Assembly: GCA_951406725.2 (NCBI GenBank)
Contig: OX597832.1
Span: forward strand, 9,734,001 to 9,798,000
DNA: 64,000 nt
Source: Octopus vulgaris
Taxonomy: Eukaryota
Direction of reading: 5' to 3'
A model generated the notes under the pieces. The model searched no databases and was not told the DNA's origin. It was given only the letters and a program-made list of their open reading frames with translations. The first letter of the stretch is position 1. Each line of letters opens with the position of its first letter. Position numbers and translations under genes: made by a program. This document shows, piece after piece, positions 27,423 to 39,950 of this stretch.

Positions 27423-29094
27423 GTTTGTTTCATACTTCTTGAAACATTTTAATTTGTAAATTTATAGCAATCTACTATTTTGTCGAATCATCTTGAGTAG
27501 TAGATTTTTTGTTATATATTTTTATCGTCCCATTTAGCCATTGTCTTCATATCCTCATTTCCAGAGTTTTCATAAGCTTCATCTGCCTCTTCCTCCTCCA
27601 CCGACTCATCATCATCATCATCATAATCATCATCACCATCAACGCAAATTTTGTACCTCTTCAGTATAACATAACTGCTTAATTTAATGTATTACTCTCT
27701 CTCACCTCCTTCTCTTCGTCCACATCATCATTATAATTATCTACATACTCATCGCCTCCATTGATACATAGTAGTTGTCTATATCATCATCATCATCATC
27801 ATCATCAACTTTCCATTGATGATTATGATGATGATGGTCATCATCATCATGGTTCAATGCTATTTAAAACCATGGCGTTCACAGAAAATAAAAACTTTGA
27901 ATTCATTATCCGCACCTCGTTCGAGTATCATCGACCCAAGACGCTTCATAGAAATCATATTCTTAATAATATATGCCATGATCTGCGTTACTGATACGCA
28001 TTAAACGTTATGGAGACAATATAAACTTCAGATTAAGACAACTGTAAGATTTATCGGAGACAGTTACTAAACATATATTCAAAAGAGTTGAGTGCGTATA
28101 ACTCTTCTTCGTAGACGCTTCTCACAGGTTTTATTTTGCTGTTAGCAAAGAAAGTCTAAAATAATTCATCACTTCATTGATCCTTCTTTGCCTTTTTTCA
28201 TATACAAATATTTATTTATTTTACATATTTGTCTATAATTCACTGTCTTTGCTTTATTAATCTCTACTTTATATGTTTTAGAAAGTTTGTAGATTTTGTT
28301 TTTGTATTGTTTATCTCTTGTTTAGATATACATATCATTTTTAGCTTCATTTTTTTCTCTTTGTGTATTCATTTGTCTCTAAACTTTATGCATCGAAAGT
28401 TCATTTCACTCTCATGAAAATGTGTGAACTTCAGTCGCCATCTTTGTTATTTTTCTTGCTTTCTTCCATTTAAGTTGTCTTCCTTCTTTTTCATTTTACT
28501 TCCCATTTGTTTTATTATATTATAGAATATCTCATTCTTTTAACGTTTCTCACTCTTATCACCACTTTCTCACTCAACTCTCAGTGTGTTTCGTTAGTCA
28601 TTACCTTTATTCTTTACCCACTCGATTACTTTCCAAATACCATGTTTCACTTACTTTCATTGGCTGCAGTTATTCCTAGCGATAAAGGTGTAACAATCAA
28701 TATACAACCTAAAAATATTTCAAAAATATTCGATAATTTTTTTTTTTTAAATCAAAGCAAAAGAAACGTTTATTTTGGTATTATAAAGTTTCTTATTATA
28801 TATTAGGCTTCCTGTAGTTTTCACAGTTTCTCTTTCTACGCCCCACACGCATTCCTTTTATCACTTAAGTGAATATATGTTTGAAATTAAATTTCACAAT
28901 AGCATCCTCAACCGATTTTTTTAGTCGTGTGGTAATGGGAGGGAATATTTTATAGTTTTGCGCTTAAAGGATTATTAAATCTAAACATTTGGCATGGTAG
29001 TTACTTTTATAAATATATTTTTCAAAGGTGTAAAGTATGAATGCAAGCATGTCTGGTATCTGGGTGTCCGTGTGCGCGTACGTAAAAGTCATCA

Positions 29095-29125
<31 letters not shown>

Positions 29126-29264
29126 TCAATAAATGGTGGGGTTGTGTTGACCGCACGTGGAGAAATGATAAGTAAGGAAAATTTTTTTTAAAAATGCAGA
29201 AGGCTCAAATGAAAGAAAATTTTAATAAAATGAGAAAATGATAAAATATATAAATATATATATT

Positions 29265-29305
29265 TATTCAACCGGTTTTCGTCAATGTATGAATTGTCAA
29301 GAATA
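29265..29305 (-). ncRNA. Second copy of the candidate hammerhead motif, with the stem II closing pair mutated
   Basis: Reverse complement reads tattc TTGACAA ttca tacat tgac GAAA accggt t gaata. Confidence 0.45.
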
Positions 29306-29941
29306 TTTATGTTTTAAAAGTTTTTTTAAAAATTAGAAAGGGGAAAAAAAGAAAATTGCAATGTTTTTTGTAAAAGAATAATGATAAAAATGTACAAAAA
29401 TTAAAAAATAAGTTCTCCGATACATTGTGAGTTCGTTGTGTATCTTGAGTTTTATGGTTGTTTACCAAAAAATTATCTTGAGGTGTTAAGATCCAAAGGG
29501 AATAAGAGCATGTGATGTGTTGTGTTGTTAAATACAGCATGTTGCAGGACAGGAAGTAGTAGTAATTGTGGTCCTGGTTCTTCAGTTCCTGTGTTGTGAG
29601 TAAGGGGAGACAACTCTTTTGAGTTCTTCAATAAAACCCAAATTATAAAACTATCATTTTAGCTTCATTTGCATTATCTTTTTTATATATAATTGCTTGT
29701 TAACTTAACTTTCAGATTTTAACACTTTATTTATATTATTTTCTAATAATATAAAACTGCATAGACAATTGCATTTCAAATTGTCATATCATTTATAATA
29801 AAAATGATAGTAGTAACAACAACAATAGTGAAAATGATATTTAAAGAATATAAGTTTTAGTTTGAAGTGGTGAATGCATGGTATCTTTATATATTTGTGT
29901 TAGTCCATCCATGAAGAGTGAGGTAGAGAAAGGAAGTTTGA

Positions 29942-32287
29942 TCAACGAGGAGTTTGCATATTAAGTTGTGTTTGGAATTTTTCAATAAAGAGATTCTCCT
30001 TGTTAATTCTCTCCTGTGTGGTGATCCCGCCTTTACATTGGTAGAAGGGGAATATATAGAATTTGGGGTTTAAGTCTTTGGCACATGAGTCTAAGTGGTC
30101 ACTCAGTGGAATTTGTCGGTATTCCGGGAGATTTATTTGTTCTTTATGCACCGTTACTCGTTTACGTAACGGGAGACTCGTTTGTCCCACATAATTATGT
30201 TGGCAACCAGCGCATGTGAGAACGTAGATAAGGTTCTCGGAAGAACAGGAGAAGTTAGTCTTGATTTTAAACTTCGTACCTTGTTTGAAGGTAAATTCAG
30301 AGCCTTCAAGTAGAAAGGGGCAGGTACCACAGTTTGAGCGTGCATATTTTTTTACTGTTGGGGGTGGATGTGGTGTGTGAAGTTTGGCATTTGTCAAGAG
30401 TTTATTTAAAGATTTGTGTTGCCTTTTGCATTTGAGGATTTTGTGTGTATTTATAATGTTTTTCATTTTTGGGTCTGTTGACAGTAGACTGAGGTTTTGT
30501 ATGATTGTGGTGTATGCTTCGATATTTTTGGGGTTGTGGGTGGAAATGTATGGAAGTATTTTGAGGTTGTGTGTGGTGTTAGGTTGGGTGGTTATCAGTG
30601 TAGTGTTGTCTAGTTCTTTGGCGCGTTTTATTCCATACTCTATAAGGGTGGAGGGATATTGACGTTGTAATAGTGTTTTTTGAGGTCTTGAAGGCGTATT
30701 TCTCGTGTTTTTGGATCCGAGACAATGGTGCATACCCTTTTAGCTAAATTGAAAGGGATATTTGTCTTGGTGTGTTTTGGGTGGCATGAACTAAAGAGGA
30801 GGTATTGTTGTGAGTCTGTAGGTTTGTGGTAGATGTCTGTTATGATTTGGTTCTTAGGTGTTTTTATAATTAGGAGATCAAGGAATGGGAGATGATGTTT
30901 GCTAAATTCCATAGTGAATTGGATGTTGGGATGTATGTTGTTTAGTATGGTTTTGAATTCCAGGAGTTTTTCATAAGGTTCTTTCCATATGATGAAACAA
31001 TCATCTAAATACCTTTTCCAGTTTTCCATTAGGTAGGTGTGGAAAACATGTCCAAATTTCTGTCTTGATATTTCATAGAGTGACAGTTCGAAGTAACCCA
31101 TTATGAGGTTCGCAAGGACTGGTGCAGCCTTGGTACCCATCGCAATGCCACATTTTTGACGGTAGTGTGTGTCGTCGAAGAGAAAAAATTGTTTGTCAGA
31201 ATGAACTTAAGAGATTCTGTAATAAAAGACTTGTTAATGCGGTCAGGGAATGTCTCTGGGTGTTTTTCTAGCCAGAAGTCAATTGCCTCTATACCATACT
31301 CATGTGGAATGTTGGTGTAGAGGTTGATGACATCAAAGGATACCAGGAGTGCCTCCTCGTTAACTGTTTTCGGGAGGTGTTTGAGCATGTCCAGATCATC
31401 CCTAATGAAACTTTTGATGTGGGTAAGGAAAGGTTTCAAAAGGATGTCTAGGAAGTTACTCAGGCGGTGTGTTTCACAGGAGGTACCCGCCACGATGGGC
31501 CTTAGTTTTAGGTCCTCCGGTGCTTTGATGTTGATGTGGATGTCAGTGGAGAGTTTGCAGGCTTCGGTGATGTATTTGTTTTTATGGATTTTAGGAAGGC
31601 CATAAAAAAGGCTGGGCTTGCATTTGAAAATGGTGATATAATCCCTTTCTTTTTCTGTGAGTCCCTGGCCGTGTTGGCGTATGAGTGTGGTGAGGTTTCT
31701 GATTGTTTTTTGCTGTTTGTAGTTGTTAATAATCTCATAGAAAATGTTATTGTTAAGCATGGAGAACACTAGGTGTTTATAAAATTCCGTGCCCATAAGG
31801 ACCACAGCACTCCCTTTGCCCGCTTCTTTGATGGTGAGGTTTTTATCCAGTTGTATGTCACGTAGGTTTTCCCATTCTTCCTTACTGAAATTGGATTTTA
31901 CCTTGGTTTTGCTTGGGGTAAAGGGGAGACTCTGGATGTGTTTACAGAAATCGTCCAGTGTTTTATTTCTCCCTTTTGGTGGTAGGAAGTTGCTTTTATT
32001 TCTGATCAATGAGTCGTCCCCATTGTTGATATCTGTCAAAGCTTCTGTTAGGCGAAGTTTTCTGCAGAATTCAGAAACGTCATCCTTGACCTCCGGGGGT
32101 TGGGTGTTCTTGGGGTGGGTATGAATTTCAAACCTCTTGCTAGGATGTTGATTTGGGTTGGTGTCAGTGTTTTGCTGGAGAGGTTTATAATTTTTGTTTT
32201 CTTATTTTGGGTCTGTGTTAGCGGTGGTGTTTGTATTTTTCCCCTCTGTCTAAAAAATGGTTGTTGAGGTAAGGGGTGTATTCTTTG
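29942..32287 (-). pseudogene. Penelope-like pol: reverse transcriptase plus GIY-YIG endonuclease, broken by ~3 single-base frameshifts
   Basis: RT motifs IINLSSKTL..ILARGLKFIPTP, FYGLPKIHK, LRPIVAG, SFDVINLYTNIPH, GIAMGTKAAP, WKRYLDDCF, LPFLDL and DIYHKPTDSQQYL..SCHP. Cys linker NCGTC. Endonuclease motifs NLIYVLTCAGC..NYVGQT, RVTVH and KENLFI. Shifts fall near 32100, 31185 and 30680, in homopolymer runs. Confidence 0.93.
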
Positions 32288-33312
32288 TTAAAGTTCTGGT
32301 TGTATGTGTAGGAGTGTTTTTGGGTGGGGAGGTTGGAGGGGGGTAGGTAGTTGTCGTATTTGTGTTGGTATGGGATGCGATGGTGTAAGGATTTGTGAGA
32401 AATGCGATGGGTTTGTGGGTGTGTGTCTGGTAGATTGTATGGGGGGATGTAGGGGGGTATGTAGTTGTGGTGATTGGGTTCGTGTGGGATGTGAGGGTTT
32501 GGAGATCTGTAGGAGATGTGGTAGGAATGTGGTTGTTGGATGTGTGGACTATAGGGGGTTCGTTGGGTGGGTCTTATATGTATCGGTGTGGGTAGGATGC
32601 CTTGTTTGTTATTAGTGTGAGGGAGGGGAGCCTTGAGGGGGGATAATTTCTAGTGTATGGGAGGTTCTTGAAGGTTCTAATCGGTGGGGGAGGGGTGTTA
32701 GAGTGATTGGGAAAACCAGGTTTTGTGGTGGGTCTTGTTTGAGATGTTTCGGGGGGGAAAGGGTTTTTTATATGGTTGGGGGAGGTTTTGTCCTGTTAGG
32801 AGGGGGTTTGGAGAGTATGTGTATTTGAGGTGCGGTTTGGAATGGTGTTTATGGGGTACAGTGGAAGTCTGTGTTGTGGGTACTTTTATGAATGGGTTTT
32901 TGGATTTATGGTTTAATATGAATTGTGTTTCATAGTTGAGGAAGAAATCTTTGTTGTTTTCCCAGCGTTTGAGGGAGGTTCGTTCTTCCTTTTCACATTC
33001 ATCTTTCCATAGTTTAATAACAAGTTCGAGGGGCTGTTCGTTGGTGTGTGAGGTTAGTTCTAGAAGTATCTCATCGTCTATTTTTGTGTATTTTTGTTCG
33101 TGGTTTTGTGCTCTGAGTTTTAGAAGTTCTACTTCGGTTTTCATTTTTTCCAATGTTAGTTTTTCTCTTAGGGAGCGTTGTTTTTCAGGTTCGTCTGGGA
33201 TGTGTTTGATTTGGAATTTTCGGGGTAGTATGATAGGGGAGGAGTTTAACCATTTGTCGTAAATATCAGCTTTGTTTTGGTTTTTGAGCATGTTCCAGAA
33301 GAGATGTTTTCT
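32218..33312 (-). pseudogene. Upstream ORF1 of the Penelope-like element (charged, coiled-coil-like region plus Pro/His-rich tail), 5'-truncated
   Basis: The 197-aa track ORF (32698-33291) is in the same frame as a further open stretch from ~32676 to the stop at 32218-32220 (...GILPTP...YLNNHFLDRGEKYKHHR*). Two compensating indels lie around 32640-32750. Confidence 0.7.
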
Positions 33313-34202
33313 ATTCTATATATTCCCCTTCTACCAATGTAAAGACGGGATCACCACACAGGAGAGAATTAACAAGGAGAATCTCTTTATTGAAAAATTC
33401 CAAACGCAACTTAATATGCAAACTCCTCGTTGATCAAACTTCCATTCTCTACCTCACTCTTCATGGATGGACTAACACAAATATATAAAGATACCATGCA
33501 TTCACCACTTCAAGCTAAAACTTATATTCTTTAAATATCATTTTCACTATTGTTGTTGTTACTACTATCATTTTTATTATAAATGATATGACAATTTGAA
33601 ATGCAATTGTCTATGCAGTTTTATATTATTAGAAAATAATATAAATAAAGTGTTAAAATCTGAAAGTTAAGTTAACAAGCAATTATATATAAAAAAGATA
33701 ATGCAAATGAAGCTAAAATGATAGTTTCATAATTTGGGTTTTATTGAAGAACTCAAAAGAGCTGTCTCCCCTTACTCACAACACAGGAACTGAAGAACCA
33801 GGACCACAATTACTACTACTTCCTGTCCTGCAACATGCTGTATTTAACAACACAACACATCACATGCTCTTAATCCCTTTGGATCTTAACACCTCAAGGT
33901 AATTTTTTGGTAAACAACCATAAAACTCAAGATACACAACGAACTCACAATGTATCGGAGAACTTATTTTTTTAATTTTTGTACATTTTTATCATTATTC
34001 TTTTACAAAAAACATTGCAATTTTCTTTTTTTCCCCTTTCTAATTTTTAAAAAAACTTCTTAAAACATAAATATTCTTGACAAGTCATACATTGACGAAA
34101 ACCGGTTGAATAAATATATATATTTATATATTTTATCATTTTCTCATTTTATTAAAATTTTCTTTCATTTGAGCATTCTGCATTTTTAAAAACATTTTTC
34201 CT

Positions 34203-34206
<4 letters not shown>
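33313..34206 (+). repeat. Inverted pseudo-LTR copy (~890 bp) of 29171-30062
   Basis: About 14 differences by eye (~98% identity). Includes the GIY-YIG C-terminus and 3' UTR. Confidence 0.96.
34072..34112 (+). ncRNA. Candidate minimal hammerhead ribozyme, U3-A8 core variant
   Basis: tattc | TTGACAA | gtca-tacat-tgac | GAAA | a-ccgg-t | t | gaata. This gives stem I (5 bp), stem II (4 bp) and a palindromic stem III, with one extra A relative to the canonical core. Confidence 0.55.
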
Positions 34207-34265
<59 letters not shown>

Positions 34266-35184
34266 CGTGTGTGTGTGTGTAAACACACATATGTTGATAT
34301 CAGTGTAATCAAAGCAAATTAACCGAATTAACCTTCAACAGTCTTACTTTTCCTGCAATGAATTCTAATTAAAAGCTATCGTACAAAGACCCCTTCTAAA
34401 ATAATGATATTGAATTTCCACTATTTTCACATCATTCTAGACTGATTTCTTGAATGCTTTTTGTTGATCCGTATATCTGTGTTACTGTGTATGATATAAA
34501 AGCACAAGCAAATTTATATTCACAACCGGTAATATCAAACGAAGTGTGTAATATAGATAATATATGCAATAGAAGACGCGTAAATGATATTTGAGAAACA
34601 ATTCTTTGCTCTTTAAAATAGAAAATCGAAAACCTTCATCTTTCTTTATTGTAAAAAAATTATATTGAATTAGACCGAGCTTCATGTATCACGTCATTGT
34701 AATTAACAATGTTATTTCTATGTATTTTACACGAAGGTTAATTTGGTGATGTGCATAATGAAAATATCTTGTGTGATAGATAATCAAATATAATGGAAAA
34801 TGATTAACCTTCATTATGTGTAACTGTTGTACGTCACCATGTGAGTAATGCTTAGAAGTAACGAGTCATTCATCCGTGAAATATATATGGGTTGTGAGTG
34901 TGTTAGAAAAAACAGCTAAAGCACCTGTGTAATTCACAAAGCCAACTTAAGGGAAAACATAGCCCATACTATTAATTTTGCTACTTCTTCCAAAAACCAT
35001 ACGTCACCTTTAAAATATATTGGCTAATGAGTCCATGGGACTTATTTGTCAGCACTAGTTTCTCTCCTGAAGACAAAGAAAATAATTAAATAACTATCTG
35101 TTTTGTTACAGAATTTCAACTGACGAAGATTTGAATCTAGTTATGTGTAAATTTTCCTGTAATTACATATACATATATGGGACA

Positions 35185-35355
35185 GCAATTTTGGTATAAA
35201 GCCTTCAATTTCTGGATAGCAAGCAAGTCGATCACAGCGGACCCAGAGCTCAACTCCTAATGATTTTATCAAGCCCAAAATTATTAACGCGAAAGTCAAA
35301 GGTAAAGACCTGACATAATTCCCAACGTGCTAAGTATTGTCAGGTTACCGCCTTA
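35185..35355 (-). mobile_element. Decayed SINE family 1 copy
   Basis: aagtcgatcacagcggacccagagctcaact...ttttatcaagccc...acgtgctaa...ccgcctta matches the family. Confidence 0.55.
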
Positions 35356-36348
35356 ATATCACATATGATCATTAAGAATTTTAAAATAAACAATTAACAC
35401 AACAAACAGCAAGAGTACTATGAAATGGCAGAACAAATCTAAGTGGTTACTTCTTTTCTTATGAGTTACATTTAAAGAAGTGTACGTCCCCCCCCCACGC
35501 ACACGCAGGCACGCCCGCGCTCTCAGTCGCACATATTCTGAAGCACATGCATATATGCATGTGATGTATTCGATATCGTGCAGATATTTAGTTATGCTTT
35601 CGTTTCATAATTAGTTAAGGTCTTAGAGTAATAGTTTTCACTTCGCGGATATTAGACACATCATAAGGCTCAAAACCATGCATTTAACGCAGAATAGAAA
35701 CAGCTAAGATACGGAAGACATTAAAAATTGTGTACTCGTTCGAATGAGGTATAACATCTGACGTTTAGCTGCATTGATTTGAGCAACAGCCTGGAAATTA
35801 TTAAAAACACATTGCCTGTTTATAGTCACAGCATAATGACAATATTGCTGATCATTATCGCAGGTACTCCCTCAGGGAGTAGAAACGAGAAAGTCCATTT
35901 GGAAACCACTGACCTTCATGATGCTATCACTAAGGAATCCTCTACGGACTTTAGGCATCGTGTTTTATAGAACAGTGAGAATTGTTAGGCCTCTAATGGT
36001 GAGCTCCTGCCACGTGGAGTTATTGCTTACAAAGGAGTTGGCTCGATACTGTCACCACTTAAGCAGGGGGTTGTAGTATATCTCAATAAGTCATGCTAAC
36101 TCCTTGTGCTCGCTACCAAACTTGTTATGTTGGCTTCATGTTAGTGGAAGTGGTTTTCTGTGGGTAATAAATATTGATTTTATACTCCAAAGTGCATGGA
36201 GCAACCAAAATTCAGGTTGTAAATATGAAGTGTTAGTTGCCAATGACGTTAAGTTCATGAAAAAGCATAACATATTGCAAGAATTAGTTCATTCTTCCTG
36301 TTGTTGGTTACACCAGGATAGTGGAATTAGTCAAAACTCATTAAAACG

Positions 36349-36383
<35 letters not shown>

Positions 36384-36384
<1 letters not shown>

Positions 36385-36548
36385 GCGCAGGAGTGCCTGT
36401 GTGGTAAGTAGCTTGTTTACCAACCACATGGTTCCGGGTTCAGTCCTACTTTGTGGCACCTTGGGCAAGTGTCTTCTAATATAGCCTCGGGCAGACCAAA
36501 GCCTTGTGAGTGGATTTGGTAGACGGAAACTGAAAGACGCCCGTCGTA

Positions 36549-36600
<52 letters not shown>

Positions 36601-36840
36601 GCTGTGTGTGTGTGTTTGTGTGTCTGTGTTTGTCCCCCTACCATTGCTTGACAACCGATGCTGGTGTGTTTATGTCCCCGTTACTTAGCGGTTCGGCAAA
36701 ATGTGATCGATAGAATAAGTACTGGGCTTACAAAAGAATACGTTCCGGGTTAAAGTTGCTCGATTAAAGGCAGTGCTCCAGCATGGCCGCAGTCAAATGA
36801 CTGAAACAAGTAAAAGAGTAAAAGAGAGAGTAAAAGAGTA
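36384..36840 (+). mobile_element. tRNA-derived SINE, family 2 (CORE-like central domain, internal TA/TG microsatellite, GTAAAAGA-repeat tail)
   Basis: A-box-like gtgcctgtgtggt, B-box ggttcagtcc and caccttgggcaagtgtctt. A reverse-complement copy lies at 45924-46362. Confidence 0.9.
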
Positions 36841-36859
36841 TACACACAAAAATATTAAC

Positions 36860-39177
36860 TAAATATCAAGTGTGGGGCATTAGTACCGGCCGGGAATAGA
36901 ACGGGAATACATTAAAAACTAAATTCCATGAAACAATCCAATGAGTGTACTGAAGGAAACAGAAACGGTATAGGAGTATACTGGAATAACTAAGCAAACG
37001 ATAAAGGCGATTGCTCACAAGATCACCAAATACACTAACAGAATTGAACAGTTTAGGCAAATAAGTTGTACAATCGGACAAATGTATTCTAAAGAACAAT
37101 TTGGAGCCACGAAATGAAACAAACCATTTAACTCTGACCAATTTGTTATCTTCCACTGTAGTGGAAGTTGATAACAGGTATTATAGTGAAGAATAAAAAA
37201 ATATCTTGAGATAGGAAATATCCTGCCAGAGAGAATGTAGGAAATGTTCCAAAGGAACCAACATTTTATTTATATAATGATCAACAAGTTCTATAAGACA
37301 CCAGAAGGAACAAAAACTTTGCGACGGCATAGACTGGTTTCCAAGAGGTATATGCCACAGTTATGGCTCCTAATTATGGCTTAGTAGATTTGAGAGAGCT
37401 GAGATTGTTTTCAGTATGCTGAGGTCATGTTAGCTGAAATTAGCGTAAGAGAGGAAATATTCTAAGGCGGTACACTCTCACCACTGCTATTCGTTGTTGT
37501 ACATATTTTATTAACCACGAGAAGGGCTATGAATGGCGAGAAAATAACTTACGTTCTGTTTATGTATGATCTGATTCTATGTGCCAAAAATGTGAAGCTT
37601 TAGATCCAACGGTTCAGATTCATAGAGTGATGAAGCTGACATGGAGTTTCGAACAGATAAATGTCCAACTCTGGCAAAAGGAAGACAAAAATATCTAAGA
37701 AGAGATTAAACACCCGAATAAAACATAAATCCCAGCTGCAAATACCTAGGCTTATTGGAGGCAGACAAAATCCCGTGTGAAAAATGAAATAGATGTTGAG
37801 AAATAAATATCTTAGAAAAATGGTGTTAAGCTCAAATCTGAATGGAGAAAAAGCAGCAAATACATTGGACTATGGAAAGACTAAGAGATATAGATTGAAA
37901 AACCAGAAAGATAATGCCCGTGTACAGATTGCTACAGGAACAGTCATCAGGTTATACCAACCAGCGACGGAGGAAGGAGGGAGGGAGGAAAGGAGTGATA
38001 TCAATAAAAGATTGTGAAGTGATAACAAAATGTGATACAACAGAGAATGTGAGAAGCAACTTAGAAGAACTCATTTCAGTTTTCAGAGAAGAGAAACAAG
38101 TTATGGAGAGAGCATAGGTACACAAGAAATGAAGAGGACGGGAGCGAGAAAGATATATCTAGGGAAAAGAATTACACGGTCAGCATCCCAAATAAACGCA
38201 AGACGTCGGAGCAGTAGAATCTATGTAATGGCCGAAGAATGGAAAACTTAACAAAGCAGAGGGACACATAATGGCTATTCAAAAAACCAACCATGGCAGA
38301 CGCGCATCAACAAAACAAACATAGACAAATTCGCAATAAGTACAAAACGCGGAATAAGTAATGAAAAAGAGGAATCCGTTATGCTCATAAGTTCTTGTAG
38401 TCTCTTGGCACAAAAGGAATACCTCATATTCATTCCTCAACTTATACTTCCTTCTTTGACAGAGGATTTTGTCTGCCTCAAATGCACCTAGGTTCCTAAG
38501 GTCAATAAGATTTATAGTATGAATAAAATGGTACCAAGACTGACGAGAAAATGCAAAATAGAGCGGCCAGGAAATATCTTATCGGGTTATGATATGCATA
38601 CTCATTGGAAACTTGAAATAAGACGACCAGATATTATAGTTCGGCATAAGGAGAGGAAATAAGCATCATCATAAATGAGGCTATGTCCGCGGACGTGAAT
38701 GAAGAGGCGAGGCGATACAAGAGAACATATGAAATACAAGGTTTTGTCTAGAGAAATGTGAATACTGTGGTTGATTTCAACAAGAAAAAACAATGACATT
38801 TCTTTCAGATGCATAAAATAACTGACAAAATATTTACCTTATTACGCTTGATGTAACTTGCTACTCGGTGAAATACGACAGTTGACAAGGTATCAAGGAA
38901 GTTAAATCATGACGGAAAGCATTCGTGAAATTTTCTCTTTTATTTTTTATCGTTTTCGTTTAAAATTTTACTTCTTCTCTCTTTCTTTTTTGCCTTTCAT
39001 TTGCTTTCTCGTTTTCTTTTTTCTAATTATTTCTATTTTATAAGTGGACTTCCTAAAACTCTACTTTTAAATCTTTATTTTCATGGTGTACCAATGTATG
39101 CAGTAAGCTGCTTTGCCTTATATGTCGGGAAGACGCTCGGCAAGAAATGTAAACTATAATGAAAAGACGTAAAACAC

Positions 39178-39178
<1 letters not shown>
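36860..39178 (+). mobile_element. Heavily decayed Dong/R4-clade (RLE) non-LTR retrotransposon ending in an (AAT)n tract
   Basis: Collinear motif remnants: RGNIL*GGTLSPLLFV (GIFQGDSLSPLLF), LFMYDLILCAKN (FMDDLKL), KYLGLLEAD, RLYQP..EGG, KELHGQ, SSCSLLAQKEY, RRPDII and KYKVLSRE. A 3' UTR-like segment runs into (AAT)n at 39178. Confidence 0.8.
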
Positions 39179-39245
<67 letters not shown>

Positions 39246-39559
39246 TACCAATAATAATAATAATCATAATACTAATAATCATAATAATGATAACAACAAT
39301 AAGAACAACAACCAATATTTAATATGATTAGATAATTGAACAAAATAATTAACTGTAAAATATCGACAACAATACCAATGACAGACGGAATAATGATATT
39401 TCTTTCCATTATCAGACACAAATAATGAATATGTAAGAGACGATGATCATCAATTTTTTCATAAGCATTTCGGTATTGCTCACAGATACAGCTTTACGTC
39501 TACATCAGCATAATCCTTGTCTTATTTTCTATAGTGTAATCAGTTACACAACGTTAAAA

Positions 39560-39585
39560 GTGTTATACACACACATATATGTAGG

Positions 39586-39633
<48 letters not shown>

Positions 39634-39697
39634 CATATATATGCATACATATATATATATATTTCAAAGATAGAGAAGTAGATAATATATATTTTTG

Positions 39698-39780
<83 letters not shown>

Positions 39781-39890
39781 AATATGCATACATAGATAGA
39801 AAGAGAGATAGAGAGAGGTAGGTAATATATATTTATGCAATATATATATACATATATATATATATATAAGAGAGAGAGAGAGAGAGAGAG

Positions 39891-39945
<55 letters not shown>

Positions 39946-39950
39946 GGGAT
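39560..39950. repeat. (TA)n, (GA)n and (GATA)n microsatellites
   Basis: Directly visible. Confidence 0.96.

Larger units (their letters stand above)
29123..34206 (-). mobile_element. Young Penelope-like retroelement (GIY-YIG, Neptune-like), 5'-truncated, with an inverted copy of its 3' end, inserted in (TA)n
   Basis: PLE-type RT and GIY-YIG motifs. 29171-30062 is the reverse complement of 33313-34206. (TA)n flanks at 29097-29122 and 34206-34262. Confidence 0.95.

Noticed and set aside
29942-32287. Selenocysteine recoding as reported for some PLEs
   Set aside because: No in-frame TGA was seen at Cys positions. The disruptions are frameshifts.
30384-33262. + strand ORFs overlapping the Penelope element, including the Cys/Gly-rich 103-aa ORF
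   Set aside because: Antisense shadows of the C/A-rich coding strand.
33789-33830. CTGAAGA within the Penelope pLTR as a canonical hammerhead core
   Set aside because: No stem II followed by GAAA downstream. The motif at 34072-34112 fits better.
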